34,707 bases of DNA, from contig JANKJI020000004.1 in NCBI GenBank assembly GCA_024626585.2, forward strand, positions 13,480,846 to 13,515,552, written 5' to 3'. The DNA comes from Ginkgo biloba. Lineage: Eukaryota > Plantae > Ginkgophyta. Of the stretch, positions 12,340 through 24,900 are shown one piece after another. Both the position numbers and the translations under genes were made by a program. Within the stretch, counting starts at the first letter, position 1; every line of letters starts with the position of its first letter. The notes under the pieces are model-generated. The model did no database searches. It saw only the letters and a list, made by a program, of their open reading frames with translations, and was not told the origin of the DNA.

Positions 12340-12660
12340 GATTATTTCATAAGAGATCTAAGTCAAGAATAAAGTTGTATCGACATTCTTTAATGCAAGT
12401 AGCAAAGACAACTTATTTTTGGAATCTTTATTGACATATTTAGGCCTTATGACTATTCCACATCTTAAACATTATGAACTTCAATGGATGAACATGGATT
12501 ATAAATTCATTGTAAATCAATAATGTAAGGTAAAATTATAACCACACACCTTTTATTGATGAGGTGTTATATGATGTCGTTCTTTTAGACTTCATAAGTC
12601 TGTCACTTGGAATCCCATACTTGAACGATGAGGATGAGATCTATTATAGAAGAAGAAATT
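12340..12660 (+). pseudogene. Retrotransposon aspartic protease relic (CRM/chromovirus-like pattern)
   Basis: VKNKVVSTFFNASSKDNLFLESLLTYLGLMTIPHLKHYELQWMN...FIDEVLYDVVLLDFISLSLGIPYLND. This matches the gypsy DSGS..NLIS..L.T.PHP.PY.L.W...DEV.CDVVP.D....LLG.P pattern, with the catalytic DSG decayed to NAS. Confidence 0.8.
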
Positions 12661-15579
12661 ATTATTGGGTAAAGAAATAAATACAAAGATATGTCATCAA
12701 CTCTAGACCAAAGAGTTAAGGCACTACTGCCTTACACGTTCAAGCAAAAGGTAAGAAAATTTCTTTATTAGTGGGTGGGATAAAAGAGTTGTTGCTAATA
12801 TTAAGGAACCATCTAAGTCACCTAATACTATAGAGACACTTCTAAAGTTAATAAATACTATAGATAAATGAAGGGATACCCTTTGAACTTTAGGGAAGAG
12901 GGGATCATCTTCAATACATCTTGTATAATAAAAAATCAAGACAAGACAACTACCAAGTATCAACCTCAAAAGTGAATTAAAGGAAATAGAGGCCATTACC
13001 TATAAGGGAAAATGATTAATGTGTGCAAAGTCATATGAAGAACCCTTATACAAAGGGANNNNNNNNNNNNNNNNNNNNNNNNNNNNNNNNNNNNNNNNNN
13101 NNNNNNNNNNNNNNNNNNNNNNNNNNNNNNNNNNNNNNNNNNNNNNNNNNNNNNNNNNNNNNNNNNNNNNNNNNNNNNNNNNNNNNNNNNNNNNNNNNNN
13201 NNNNNNNNNNNNNNNNNNNNNNNNNNNNNNNNNNNNNNNNNNNNNNNNNNNNNNNNNNNNNNNNNNNNNNNNNNNNNNNNNNNNNNNNNGAATCTAAGAA
13301 AATATTACATTATAAATAGATTATAATAGTTTCATGTCATTGTATAAACTGAACTATAGACCAAACTATGTGAAACTTGAAGAATCTAAAATAAATTTTT
13401 GGCCAAAACAACATAGGAAAAACCTATGATGCTTAGGAGGATACTTACAATGCTTTGGAAGAAACATATGAAAAAACAAGGAAAACCTATCATGAAGTAG
13501 AAAAAACATGTAGCATTTTGCGAGAAAAATTTAATGCTCCTTAGCATTTGAACCAAAGAGTAATATTTTAGGTACATAATTATAAATTTGCTTGTATCAT
13601 ACATTAGTAAGGATGTATTAACCACATTAACTTGCTAATAGTAATCTAAAGGGAATTATAATCTTCCTATTAGAGTTTTGGACAAATAGAGATCTCTGAT
13701 TTTATTATAGCTTTAAAATCTTAATTAATACAAATTCTTCTCTTTAGAAATTTCTTTTGCATTAACTGATTTTAATTTCTTTATTATGAGATGCATATGG
13801 GTAATCTTTTGGCTTTGAAATTAGAGTAGGTTATTGTGCATGACTTATGAGCCCCTATTAGTTTGAGTTACTCTAATAATCTCAAGCATATAAATAAATA
13901 ATTTTAAAATGTACATGGATTCAAATAGGATTGGCACATAACAAATGCAATAGTTTTGTTGTTATTATGCCACTTAGTGATGAGTAGTAATATGTTGTAA
14001 ATAATGGAAGCGATGACAATAAGGAAGGGTGATGCAGTTGTATGTATAAACTCCAATATGAAGAGGAATTACTAAGGCTATTAATCTTTACAATATTTTC
14101 TACTATGATTAGAATCTAAATCTTAGATGCCAACACACTTGTGCCATCTTATATGATGTTGTCTAACATGGCATTCATATGGACATGTAAATGTAATCAT
14201 AATTTTAATTTGCCTTATTATGATTCATAGTTAATGGTTATTAGTAGTTGATGACTAATGGTTCTTAATTACGAACCTGTATTCAAGGTTAAATATAATT
14301 GACTTATCATAAAGTAGTTTGTATAAGGAGGACTAGACAAGCTAACCTTGATAATCAATATAATCCTTCCCAAAAACTATACTACATCATATATTTTCCT
14401 ATTATTATAAACAATGCAAGTCCTCCACGAATAAACATAAACATTGGAAATGAGATTCTTGCTAATTGAAGGTTTTATTGTCTATAAATGAATTTTGGAG
14501 TGTATAGTACACTAATATAATAACCAATTTATTTGAATCTTAGAGTCTTCAATATAACCTCTAATAAAATGGGTAGTATAAAAAACACTTTTAAGACATA
14601 ATAATTAGGTAGAGAAAAAATATTGGTTATATATGAANNNNNNNNNNNNNNNNNNNNNNNNNNNNNNNNNNNNNNNNNNNNNNNNNNNNNNNNNNNNNNN
14701 NNNNNNNNNNNNNNNNNNNNNNNNNNNNNNNNNNNNNNNNNNNNNNNNNNNNNNNNNNNNNNNNNNNNNNNNNNNNNNNNNNNNNNNNNNNNNNNNNNNN
14801 NNNNNNNNNNNNNNNNNNNNNNNNNNNNNNNNNNNNNNNNNNNNNNNNNNNNNNNNNNNNNNNNNNNNNNNNNNNNNNNNNNNNNNNNNNNNNNNNNNNN
14901 NNNNNNNNNNNNNNNNNNNNNNNNNNNNNNNNNNNNNNNNNNNNNNNNNNNNNNNNNNNNNNNNNNNNNNNNNNNNNNNNNNNNNNNNNNNNNNNNNNNN
15001 NNNNNNNNNNNNNNNNNNNNNNNNNNNNNNNNNNNNNNNNNNNNNNNNNNNNNNNNNNNNNNNNNNNNNNNNNNNNNNNNNNNNNNNNNNNNNNNNNNNN
15101 NNNNNNNNNNNNNNNNNNNNNNNNNNNNNNNNNNNNNNNNNNNNNNNNNNNNNNNNNNNNNNNNNNNNNNNNNNNNNNNNNNNNNNNNNNNNNNNNNNNN
15201 NNNNNNNNNNNNNNNNNNNNNNNNNNNNNNNNNNNNNNNNNNNNNNNNNNNNNNNNNNNNNNNNNNNNNNNNNNNNNNNNNNNNNNNNNNNNNNNNNNNN
15301 NNNNNNNNNNNNNNNNNNNNNNNNNNNNNNNNNNNNNNNNNNNNNNNNNNNNNNNNNNNNNNNNNNNNNNNNNNNNNNNNNNNNNNNNNNNNNNNNNNNN
15401 NNNNNNNNNNNNNNNNNNNNNNNNNNNNNNNNNCACATGTTTGTTGGAATTATTTCTATTATAAGTTGGCTAATTTATTTATGCAAGAAGCTTGTTTTGA
15501 AGTTTTGTGTTAAAATAGAACTTTGTTTAAGAATTATCAAATTTATACTATAGATTTTGTTTTTGGGTGATCTCTTGTA

Positions 15580-16230
15580 TGATATTAGTGGTAGGAATTT
15601 TACCCTTACTATAATATACCAAGTTGTGAGTGTATGATATTATACTCAAATTATTTTGATAATATTATAGTGCAAGGCTAAGATCTAGGGAGATAAGCTC
15701 TTTACAATTAAAGAAGAAGTCTCCTCTCAAGGTATAACCTATAATATATTTTTAAGTTTCTAAATTCTACTTTTTAGTTGAAATCAAGTTTGGATAGATA
15801 AGTATAAATTTGTATCTCACATCCAAGAAATTGATTGATTAAGTAAATTATATGTATAAAAATATCTTAATAAGAAAAGCGTACCCTAAACATTTTATAA
15901 CTAAGCTCTCTTTTTAGAGAAAGAAAAAGGATGTTATGAATCACCACAAATGTTATAGATCCCTACATCTTAGTAGATATGAAATAGATCCCTATCCTTA
16001 AACAATGTAAATCATTAACAAACTAATTTTCTAAGATGTTACAAGTTCTTGCTCATGTATTGTTACTTTTTGGGCATTTGTCTAAGTTTTTCCTACCTTT
16101 GTACAAAGTCATACAACATTCTTATTATGCACTTTTAGTTACTATTTCCAAAAATATTCAAACCTAGTGGACACCCTAGGAGAGATCACACAAACAATAA
16201 TCAAGGAAATAGTTCCAATAAAGGGGTAAT
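15580..16230 (-). pseudogene. CACTA (En/Spm) TnpD-like transposase relic
   Basis: Minus-strand motifs occur in the expected order: LLELFP; CPLGL; CMTLYKGRKNLDKCPKS (16053-16121, cf. CxLYxxxxxNLxxCPKC); PR-(N)LSLAL (15668-15690, cf. PRNLRLAL); TTWYIIVRVKFLP (15590-15627, cf. STWPVILxxYNLPP). Confidence 0.55.
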
Positions 16231-18149
16231 ACAGTAATAATTGATCTAGTATTGACATTCATAAAAAAATATTATAAGTATTTGATTATTATTTTAGCAA
16301 ATTTTTCTTTGATTTTGCTATTATATCTTATAAGTTTAAACTTAAGCAAGGAGGCAAAGATACCACCAAGGAAGGAAGTGACACCTCTTGATGGATCAAT
16401 TTATTATGAATCTATATATTTGATTCAAACATTTCTGTAATAGTGTTATTGCCCATTTTAACACCTTTGATATTGATCCTAGTCATTTAACCTATGCATC
16501 ACTATTTACATTGTGACCACATGCATGTCCCTCATACGACCTTGTTGTAGTTCATGATTACTCTATGGTTAACCTAGATNNNNNNNNNNNNNNNNNNNNN
16601 NNNNNNNNNNNNNNNNNNNNNNNNNNNNNNNNNNNNNNNNNNNNNNNNNNNNNNNNNNNNNNNNNNNNNNNNNNNNNNNNNNNNNNNNNNNNNNNNNNNN
16701 NNNNNNNNNNNNNNNNNNNNNNNNNNNNNNNNNNNNNNNNNNNNNNNNNNNNNNNNNNNNNNNNNNNNNNNNNNNNNNNNNNNNNNNNNNNNNNNNNNNN
16801 NNNNNNNNNNNNNNNNNNNNNNNNNNNNNNNNNNNNNNNNNNNNNNNNNNNNNNNNNNNNNNNNNNNNNNNNNNNNNNNNNNNNNNNNNTCCTTTGAATG
16901 CATTCTTGAAAGGTATCATATTAGGGAAGTGGTATCTGCCATTAACATATTTTGTTTATTCAATACTACTGAATCTATCCATACGTTCATAAAGCATATT
17001 AATTAATAATAATAATTGATATACCAATTAAGCATCAGAAAGAAAAGAAAAAGTAAGTAAAGAAACACGATGATACATAAATAGTAAGTTTACTATTTTT
17101 TATTTTTTATTAGTTTTATTTTTAATTTTCCTCAAACTAATTACATATCAGTGTGAATAAATAGAAGTGTATATAAAGGGTTATGCTTTTTAGCTAACTT
17201 CCTTATACAAAGGGATGTCATTAGACATCTCTTTTATTTTGACACCTCAATTTAGATTCACCTAAAAATAGAAATTAAAAACTTAAAAATATGTTACATG
17301 TTNNNNNNNNNNNNNNNNNNNNNNNNNNNNAAATAACTTAGATCCTTAGATCTCAAGATTATGTTCTAATCTTCCAAAAGAATTGGAATACAACAACATA
17401 CACTCAAAACTTGATAAATCAATATGAGGATGAAAATCATACCACCAATATCACATAAGAGATTGCACAAAATTCTTGAATTGAAATTCAAGTATTATCA
17501 CTTAAATTTCTATTTTATCATATAGAATTCTATAATCAAACTTCCATTGTATAGATTTGCTAAAACTCCAAAATAAGATTATGGCATAGAAAATTAGTAC
17601 AACTTGTTGGAAATAAAACTAAAATAATAAATAGAGGATAATTCTAGCATATAGACTTGGTAGATTCTCATGTTAGCATCTAGATTGTTGGTGGTCTAGA
17701 TTTCTACAAGTGGTCANNNNNNNNNNNNNNNNNNNNNNNNNNNNNNNNTGGGTTGACTGATTACTATAAAAGAGTAAGCAAATCAATTCACTTATTCTAA
17801 ATAGATATATAAGGGAATATGTCAATGTTTCCATTCACTTTTACAGTATTATTAAAAAATATTCTAATATAAGAAATATTAAGCCTTGTATGACTTTAGG
17901 GGTATTTTAATTCTTTCTTGGTTGAACTTGTCCATGTAATTTCCTCGTGTTCTTATAGAGGAGGTTTCTCCATCTTGATTCATTTGTTGATGTTTGGAAG
18001 GAGCATAACAAAATATTACAAGAATATTATATGGCATGAGTTGTTGAANNNNNNNNNNNNNNNNNNNNNNNNNNNNNNNNNNNNNNNNNNNNNNNNNNNN
18101 NNNNNNNNNNNNNNNNNNNNNNNNNNNNNNNNNNNNNNNNNNNNNNNNG

Positions 18150-20400
18150 GTTCCCCAATACTCCAACTTCTTTTCCACCCTGTTGATGACATAGTTTCAC
18201 ATGTTTGTGAGCAATGCTTGGAACTCGAAGGGAATTCCTAAGAAATTAAATAATTCCCCTATGGAGACCTAAGTCTATCCATAGTCCTTTGACAACTGAA
18301 GGGTCTCTTTGGTAGATTGTCGATAGTAGAGGGTTTTCCCCTAATGGATGTTAGAGCTAAAGGCCTTATAAAAAATCTCTAGACACTCCATCATGGCCTC
18401 AATGACCCTTCTTGAGGCAGTCCCTATGAGAAAGGAGTCATCAATAAAATGCCCATTGATCACTTGGAGAGGGAAGGGAGATACCATTGATTAATCCTTT
18501 TGTGGTTATCTTAGCTAAAAGATAGCCAAGGACATCCATAACTAGCATAAATAATGTTGATGCTAGAGGGCACCCCTACCTTATATTCCTCTATAGCTCA
18601 AAGGGGACTAATAGGACTCCATTGGAGAAAATAATAGTTGAGGCATCAAAGAATAGGGCTTGAACAATTTGTGTAAAGCATTCCCCAAACCCTGGAGCTC
18701 TAAGTGTCGTTAGAATGAAATCCCATTGCACTTTTTCATAGGCTTTCTCAAAATCAATTTTCATGAATAGAATTTCTTAACCAGATTGTTAGGCCCATTA
18801 CATACCCTCCCTTATTCTAATTATATTATTAAGGATATAACTGCCCTTAATAAAACTAGCTTTCTATAGTCCAACAATGAAGGGGAGGAAGTACTTGATT
18901 CTCTTAGTAATGGCCTTAACAAGGATTTTATAGGATGCATTCAAAAGAGTTATTAGTCTCCACCTTATCATCAGTTCTAGATCTCCTACCTTAGGTATAA
19001 ATCAAATGTTCCCTCAATTTATGATTTCTCCTAGTGATCCTTTGGCAATTACTTCCTTGTATAATTTAATCAATGGGGTTCTAATAAAGTCATATGTGGC
19101 CTTGTAGAATTTGCATGGGATCCCATCAAACCCATGAGATTTCTCATTAGCCATATCATCTAAGGTAGACTTGAGTTCTTCTAACATTAGCAGGGCATCG
19201 TATATTTCTCTATGAGTAAGATCAACCCTAATGGATATCACTCTTTGGAATTCCTCCAATTCTCTCTGTCTTTGTTCTCATTGTACATGAGCTCTAAACA
19301 CACCAATATAGTGTTCTTAAAAAGTTGTTGTAATTTTCTCTAGGGGGTGATTCTTTCTTATTCTATCTTAAGGGTTGGGATTTGCTCAATGATGTGCTTC
19401 TTTCTAAGGGATTTAAGAAAATTCTTAAATGGGCTATCCCCAAACTTAAGCCAATATAGCCTGACTCTTATCTGTCCTAGCTTTGCTCTTTTGATCTCAA
19501 CCTCTTTGAGTTCATAACCTAGTCTAGAAACTTTGGTCTAAATATTAGTGTCAAAAGGGGAGACCTCCAATTAGCNNNNNNNNNNNNNNNNNNCTCTATC
19601 TCTCTTCGAGTGGCCTTTTCATCCTTCCTCTTGATGCGAGCAACTTGCTTGGCAAATCCGCTTAAGAAATGGATGACCCTCTTTATTACTTGATTCCACC
19701 ATAGTATCCATTCATGTTCTCCAATAAGGGGAGGAATTAATAAGAATATATTATGTATCCCAATTATGCAAGCTCAAATATCTAGGTGGCAGATATTAAG
19801 CCTAAAAATAGATCCCCATGTAGGTATCTTATGGACTCCTCAANNNNNNNNNNNNNNNNNNNNNNNNNNNNNNNNNNNNNNNNNNNNNNNNNNNNNNNNN
19901 NNNNNNNNNNNNNNNNNNNNNNNNNNNCCTCCTTGCTTTGGATTCTAAATATATTATCACTTATAGTCATAACTTTGTCTAGAATTTTGAGGATTCTATC
20001 ATTCTTTAGCCTAAAGTTAGACCAAGTGAACCAAGAACCATATGAATGACTAAGGAAGGGGTAGTTGGGATCATAGAGACTCCATTTGGCTTTCAAGGTA
20101 AACCGAGTAACTTTCTCTATATAATTCCACCATAGCCCATTCCCTCTAATTTGATCATCTCTATCTTCGATCATATTAAAATATCTATAGGGGATCTAGG
20201 ATACAAGAGGGAGATCATCCATCATCCATTGCCAGAGATGATTTCTTTTAGTATGCAAGGTGGATGTATAAATATTTATTATACCCTAAGTATACCCTCC
20301 AACATGACAACAAACTCGTGACATTCTATTAGTAGATGCAATGAACCTTCTCACATAATCACAAAAATTGGACACAATTAGATGTAAAAGATTTCTTGAT
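18150..20400 (-). mobile_element. L1-clade LINE ORF2 relic (AP endonuclease and reverse transcriptase)
   Basis: EN: GIINIYTS..KRNHLWQWM..., FNMIE, FTWSNFRLKNDRILKILDKV. RT: KSHGFDGIPCKFYK (KSPGxDG), WRLITLLNASYKILVKAI, SFIKG..ILNNI, MKIDFEKAYEKVQWDFIL, IR*GCPLASTLF, and HFIDDSFL (the F/YADD site, ~18435-18455). Stops and frameshifts are frequent. Confidence 0.92.
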
Positions 20401-20429
20401 AACAATCCACTTCGAGGGTAGAACCTCCC

Positions 20430-20725
20430 AATATAATATGCTTAATATAAAATATATGCCAATAGGCCATCATGGGGGTTATTATAAGAAGAAGAAGTTC
20501 CCTACATGTATGACACGTGCTATTATAGGAAGAAGAGCTCTACATGTATGACAAGTGTGAGGAGAAGGGTAGGTAAAGTAGGTGGATGTAGATAAAAGAA
20601 TAATAAATAAACAAACTAAGCATTAGGGTACATAACAAGTCATCCCCCTTAAATTCTTTGACCTCACTGAGGACATCTTTGTCCTTGATCGACCACTCAT
20701 AAAAAATGTTGATATCATGGAGCAT
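20430..20725 (-). mobile_element. Gypsy 3' end: polypurine tract and start of a 3' LTR, abutting the LINE
   Basis: The minus strand reads GAGGTCAAAGAATTTAAGGGGGATGACT-TGTTATGTACC, with the PPT at 20641-20650 and the LTR TG start at 20637. This is a typical gypsy PPT/LTR junction. Confidence 0.6.
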
Positions 20726-21458
20726 TGAGTCATCTAGATGTCAAAGTAAATCAAATTTTAGGGATATATCATCACTTATAATAGGACCATTGTCTACAAT
20801 AGTGAGATTCGTTGACATTATTATGGACAATTTAGAAAGAATCTCATTTTAGAAGATTTTTGCCAATTCGAGCTCTATGAACCAATAGAAACTACCTCTT
20901 CGGAATCATGAAAGAAATCTATTTTTATGTTAGAGTGTTTAGAAGAAACCTTCTCTACCTCTTTGACCTCTAACCTCAACAAATAATATGGATTATGGAT
21001 TGATTATTCAGTACTGATAACAATGATTAATTTTATCAGCTAGCTACCTACATGAATATTGCTTGGTATATTAAACTTGCATCTAAGAATAAGTATATTT
21101 GTAGATCTTTTGCCATATTACAAAATGATTAAATGATTTTTGGTTGATCTTTGTCATTACTACCCTTTCTTGAGTTGATAATGGAAGCCATATTTGTTAA
21201 TGGTTATATTAGGAATAATAAATTCTAAATAATTGGACAAGGCCACTATTTAAGGGANNNNNNNNNNNNNNNNNNNNNNNNNNNNNNNNNNNNNNNNNNN
21301 NNNNNNNNNNNNNNNNNNNNNNNNNNNNNNNNNNNNNNNNNNNNNNNNNNNNNNNNNGCTTAACACTTTCCCTATCTATTATGCACCTTTCTCCGGTCAT
21401 TGCACACCTCTTCCTAAACTATGCTAGAAAACCCAAAACTTAAAATTTTAAGGTTTCA

Positions 21459-21987
21459 TGATGAATAAGGCCATACAAGCATGTCCTTTAGGCTTTGTAA
21501 AAATAAAATAATAAATGGAATCTTCCTAAGAATATATATATAACTCAAGGAAACTATATAGTAAGATAGATTCACTCAATTCTTAGAGTAGTATAAGTAA
21601 AGTAAACAAGAATAAGATAATGCAAAGGGGTCTTTTGAATTCTTAAACTTATAATCTTAAAAAAACCTTAACAAGGCCATTATGATTGTAAAAAACCTAA
21701 TAGATGCTTTTAAAGAAAAGAAAAATCTAGAAATTCTAAGTAAAAACTCTAATTATAAATTAGAAACTAACTATGATTAGATTTTTTGGATCAAAGTAGA
21801 TAATCACTTAGTAAATAAATTTAATCAATTTCTAATCTATAATTTATTTACTTACATAAGAATTAATTGTTAACTAATTGTATCATAGGCCTTAGTTACA
21901 TAAAATACAATAGAAATAAGTGATTAAACAATAAAATATTATTGTGAAGTATAAGAATATGTATAAATATGGATGCACAACACATTA
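21459..21987 (-). repeat. 3' LTR of the minus-strand gypsy element
   Basis: It follows the PPT, and its first ~150 bp are homologous to 26792-26943. The distal end is inferred only from the CATCA inverted terminus. Confidence 0.7.
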
Positions 21988-24900
21988 AATCCTCCTTACT
22001 TAGACTAAAATAGTCTCCATTATATTCAACGCAAAGTGAGGAAAGAAGTATTTCAACTGATGAAAAGAGCACCATCAATACTGATTCAAACATTGATCCT
22101 TCTTACCTATAAGTTAGGATGCAGAGGAACTAGTGTGTATTCCATAACTTAGTATCAAAGAGGGTATAATATTTAATAGGTGGCTAAAATTATAGAATAA
22201 ATGCCTCAAAATGATTAACCTATTGGGAAGGAACCTAAGTATCCACCACATTCTCTAAGAAAATGGGATCATATAATGTCAAGTTATCCACATTAAGAAT
22301 TGAGTGGATTCCTATGTGTAGTAGGATATCAATATCAAAATCATTAGTACTAATATGTTAGATAATTTTATAACATTAATATCAAATGGGTTTAATTTTT
22401 TAGTAATGTTGTGACTAAAACCATCACTTGCCCAAGTGTACAAAAACTCTATGTATCATATGAAAATGGTGTTCTAACTTATGTTTGTCATGGAAGGATT
22501 TTTTTATTTTCTTAAGTCTTTACCAATACTCCTTTAATCATTGTATGAAGGTGTTTCAAATATTGAATAAAGGAACTAGACATATCTTAATATAAGATCA
22601 AATGGTGAATGTTTGCCTGATATAAAGTAATTGAATGTTGATAAGGTACAAGGGGATAAAAACTAAGGAATTCCTCAAAATATAAGTCACNNNNNNNNNN
22701 NNNNNNNNNNNNNNNNNNNNNNNNNNNNNNNNNNNNNNNNNNNNNNNNNNNNNNNNNNNNNNNNNNNNNNNNNNNNNNNNNNNNNNNNNNAGGTTGCTAA
22801 GAATATATAATGAATCCCTCAAGATGATTAACTTACTAGGAAACAACCTATGTATCCATCCCGTTCTCCAAATAAGAAGGCTCATTTAAATTAAGACTAT
22901 ATACACTAAGAATAAGATGGACACCCACATATGTGGGAGATTAAGAAAGAATGAATTAAGTGTGACCTATTGAAGAATAGTATCAGGCCCATAGAAAATG
23001 GATTTCAATTTGTGATGAAGCTATGAGTAAAATCATCACTTATCTAAGTGAACCCAAACTCTATCTCCCACTTAAAAATGGTGTGCAACCTAATTATTAT
23101 TATGGAAGGCCTTATGATTTGTCTAATTCTCCACCAAAATGCCCTAAATCTATATGTGAAGCTACTACAAATATTGAATGAAGGAACTAGCTCTATCCTA
23201 CTCTAAAAGTGCATGACAAATGAGCTTATGGTAACTAGAATCTAAAAGGGTATAAAGGGACAAAAACTAAGACAAACCTTAAAATATAATTGAACTAGAG
23301 AAGAGTGAAAAGCTTTACTATACCCATGATAGATGTATTACAAAGTAATATACCAACTCTTTGGATTAGCCTAGTTATAAATATGTAAGGCATGAACAAG
23401 AGTATAATTTACTAATTCAATTTGCACATTATTCTATGGATGGAATGGAATAGAGAAATTTAGAGAAGTGAAAAAAAACTCAACTGAATACCAAAAGTGA
23501 CTTGAAAAGCATGAATCCTTATAAGAAATAATACTAGAAAGGAATCTAGAGTGAGTTTGTACATGATCAAAGAAAAGATAAGTAGTTATTGAGACATGAG
23601 TAGATTTAGTGCAAGTAATAAAAATTACCATTTTGTTAAATTGATCCACACTTATCAATAATGCATCATTATGCCACTAAATAATGGGAAATACACTAAT
23701 AAAATCCATGGAAATGTATTCTCAAGGTTTAAAATCCACTAGAAGTGGTATATATAAACCCACTTTCTTAAGTTTAGACTTTAACTAGTTGTGAATAGAA
23801 CACTAATAGATGAAACTCTTGACCTACTTCTATATGAATAGCCAAAATAAATATCTCTTATGGTGAGAAAGCATGGAAACTCCAAAGAGTCCACCATATA
23901 AATAAGAATATGCCTTCTATAATAATTATACCCTGCAAGAATTATATGGAATACATATCATGTTCAATCTATACAAAAAACCATCATCCAAATACAAGTC
24001 CAATAAGTACTCTTAGACCTAAGAAGGATAACAAAGAGATACACCAATATCTATAAATTCAAGATCATGCTAAAATATATCCCTCCATTAGGATAACTAA
24101 GGAACTTGATATCCATAATGCTCATAAGGCTTATAACTGGTGGCCTACTTAAGAATTCAGTTATCTTATTTTGCATCCCCTTTTTATATTTGATAATAAG
24201 GTATAATTGATATAGATAATATGCCCACTTCATATGTCGATGCTCCTAAATTTTGGTCTAATATTAAAAAAAATAAAATGGATAATGATAAATATGGTCA
24301 AGTATCTCCTTGCAAAGAAAGTAATGATGCCAATATTTGAGAGCTTAGAAAAAAGCATAAATATCTTTGTTATATGTAGAATAATTAACTTTAGCAGAAA
24401 ATAAGGTCTCAAAATAATAATCAATAGGACTTCCTCCCTACACTACACCCATGAAAGCATCTATTTCAACCTCAAAAGGAAGGCTCAAATCTATAAGAAC
24501 TAAAACTAGAGTTGTACCAAGTAACTCCTTCATATTATCAAAAGTATGATGTTGTGCTAAAGTCCAAATGAAAGGTTTATGATTATTGGTAAGCTTATAA
24601 AAAGAAAAAGAAACTTACGAATATTAAGTTAGAAAGGCCCAAAAATATTATTAAGTCATAAAAATTCATGGGAGGAGGGCAATCCTGTAAGATATACACC
24701 TTGTTAGGATGTGTATGCACCCCATACTAGTCATCTATAAAACTAAGATAATGAATAGAAGTTTAGATAAATTCACACTTGGTCTTATTGACATGCTATA
24801 CATGGATGCACAATTACTCTAAAACTTATTTGACATGCTCGATATGCTTCACCAATAATCTATTAAAAATGAGAATATCATCAAAATAACCCACTATAAA

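Larger units (their letters stand above)
9532..13898 (+). mobile_element. Degenerate Ty3/gypsy LTR retrotransposon with gag and aspartic protease only, flanked by LTR-like direct repeats
   Basis: 10861-10980 aligns ungapped to 13779-13898 with about 20 mismatches in 120. 9539-9655 (GAATCTAAG...TTCATGTCATT...TAGGAAAAACC) weakly matches 13290-13425. A TG start lies at 9532 and a PBS-like ATCAAAGCAGG at ~11142. Gag lies at ~11545-12050 and protease at ~12340-12660. Confidence 0.75.

Noticed and set aside
13900-14636. Continuation of the CACTA transposase or a CACTA terminal inverted repeat
   Set aside because: I found no recognisable motifs or paired termini by eye.
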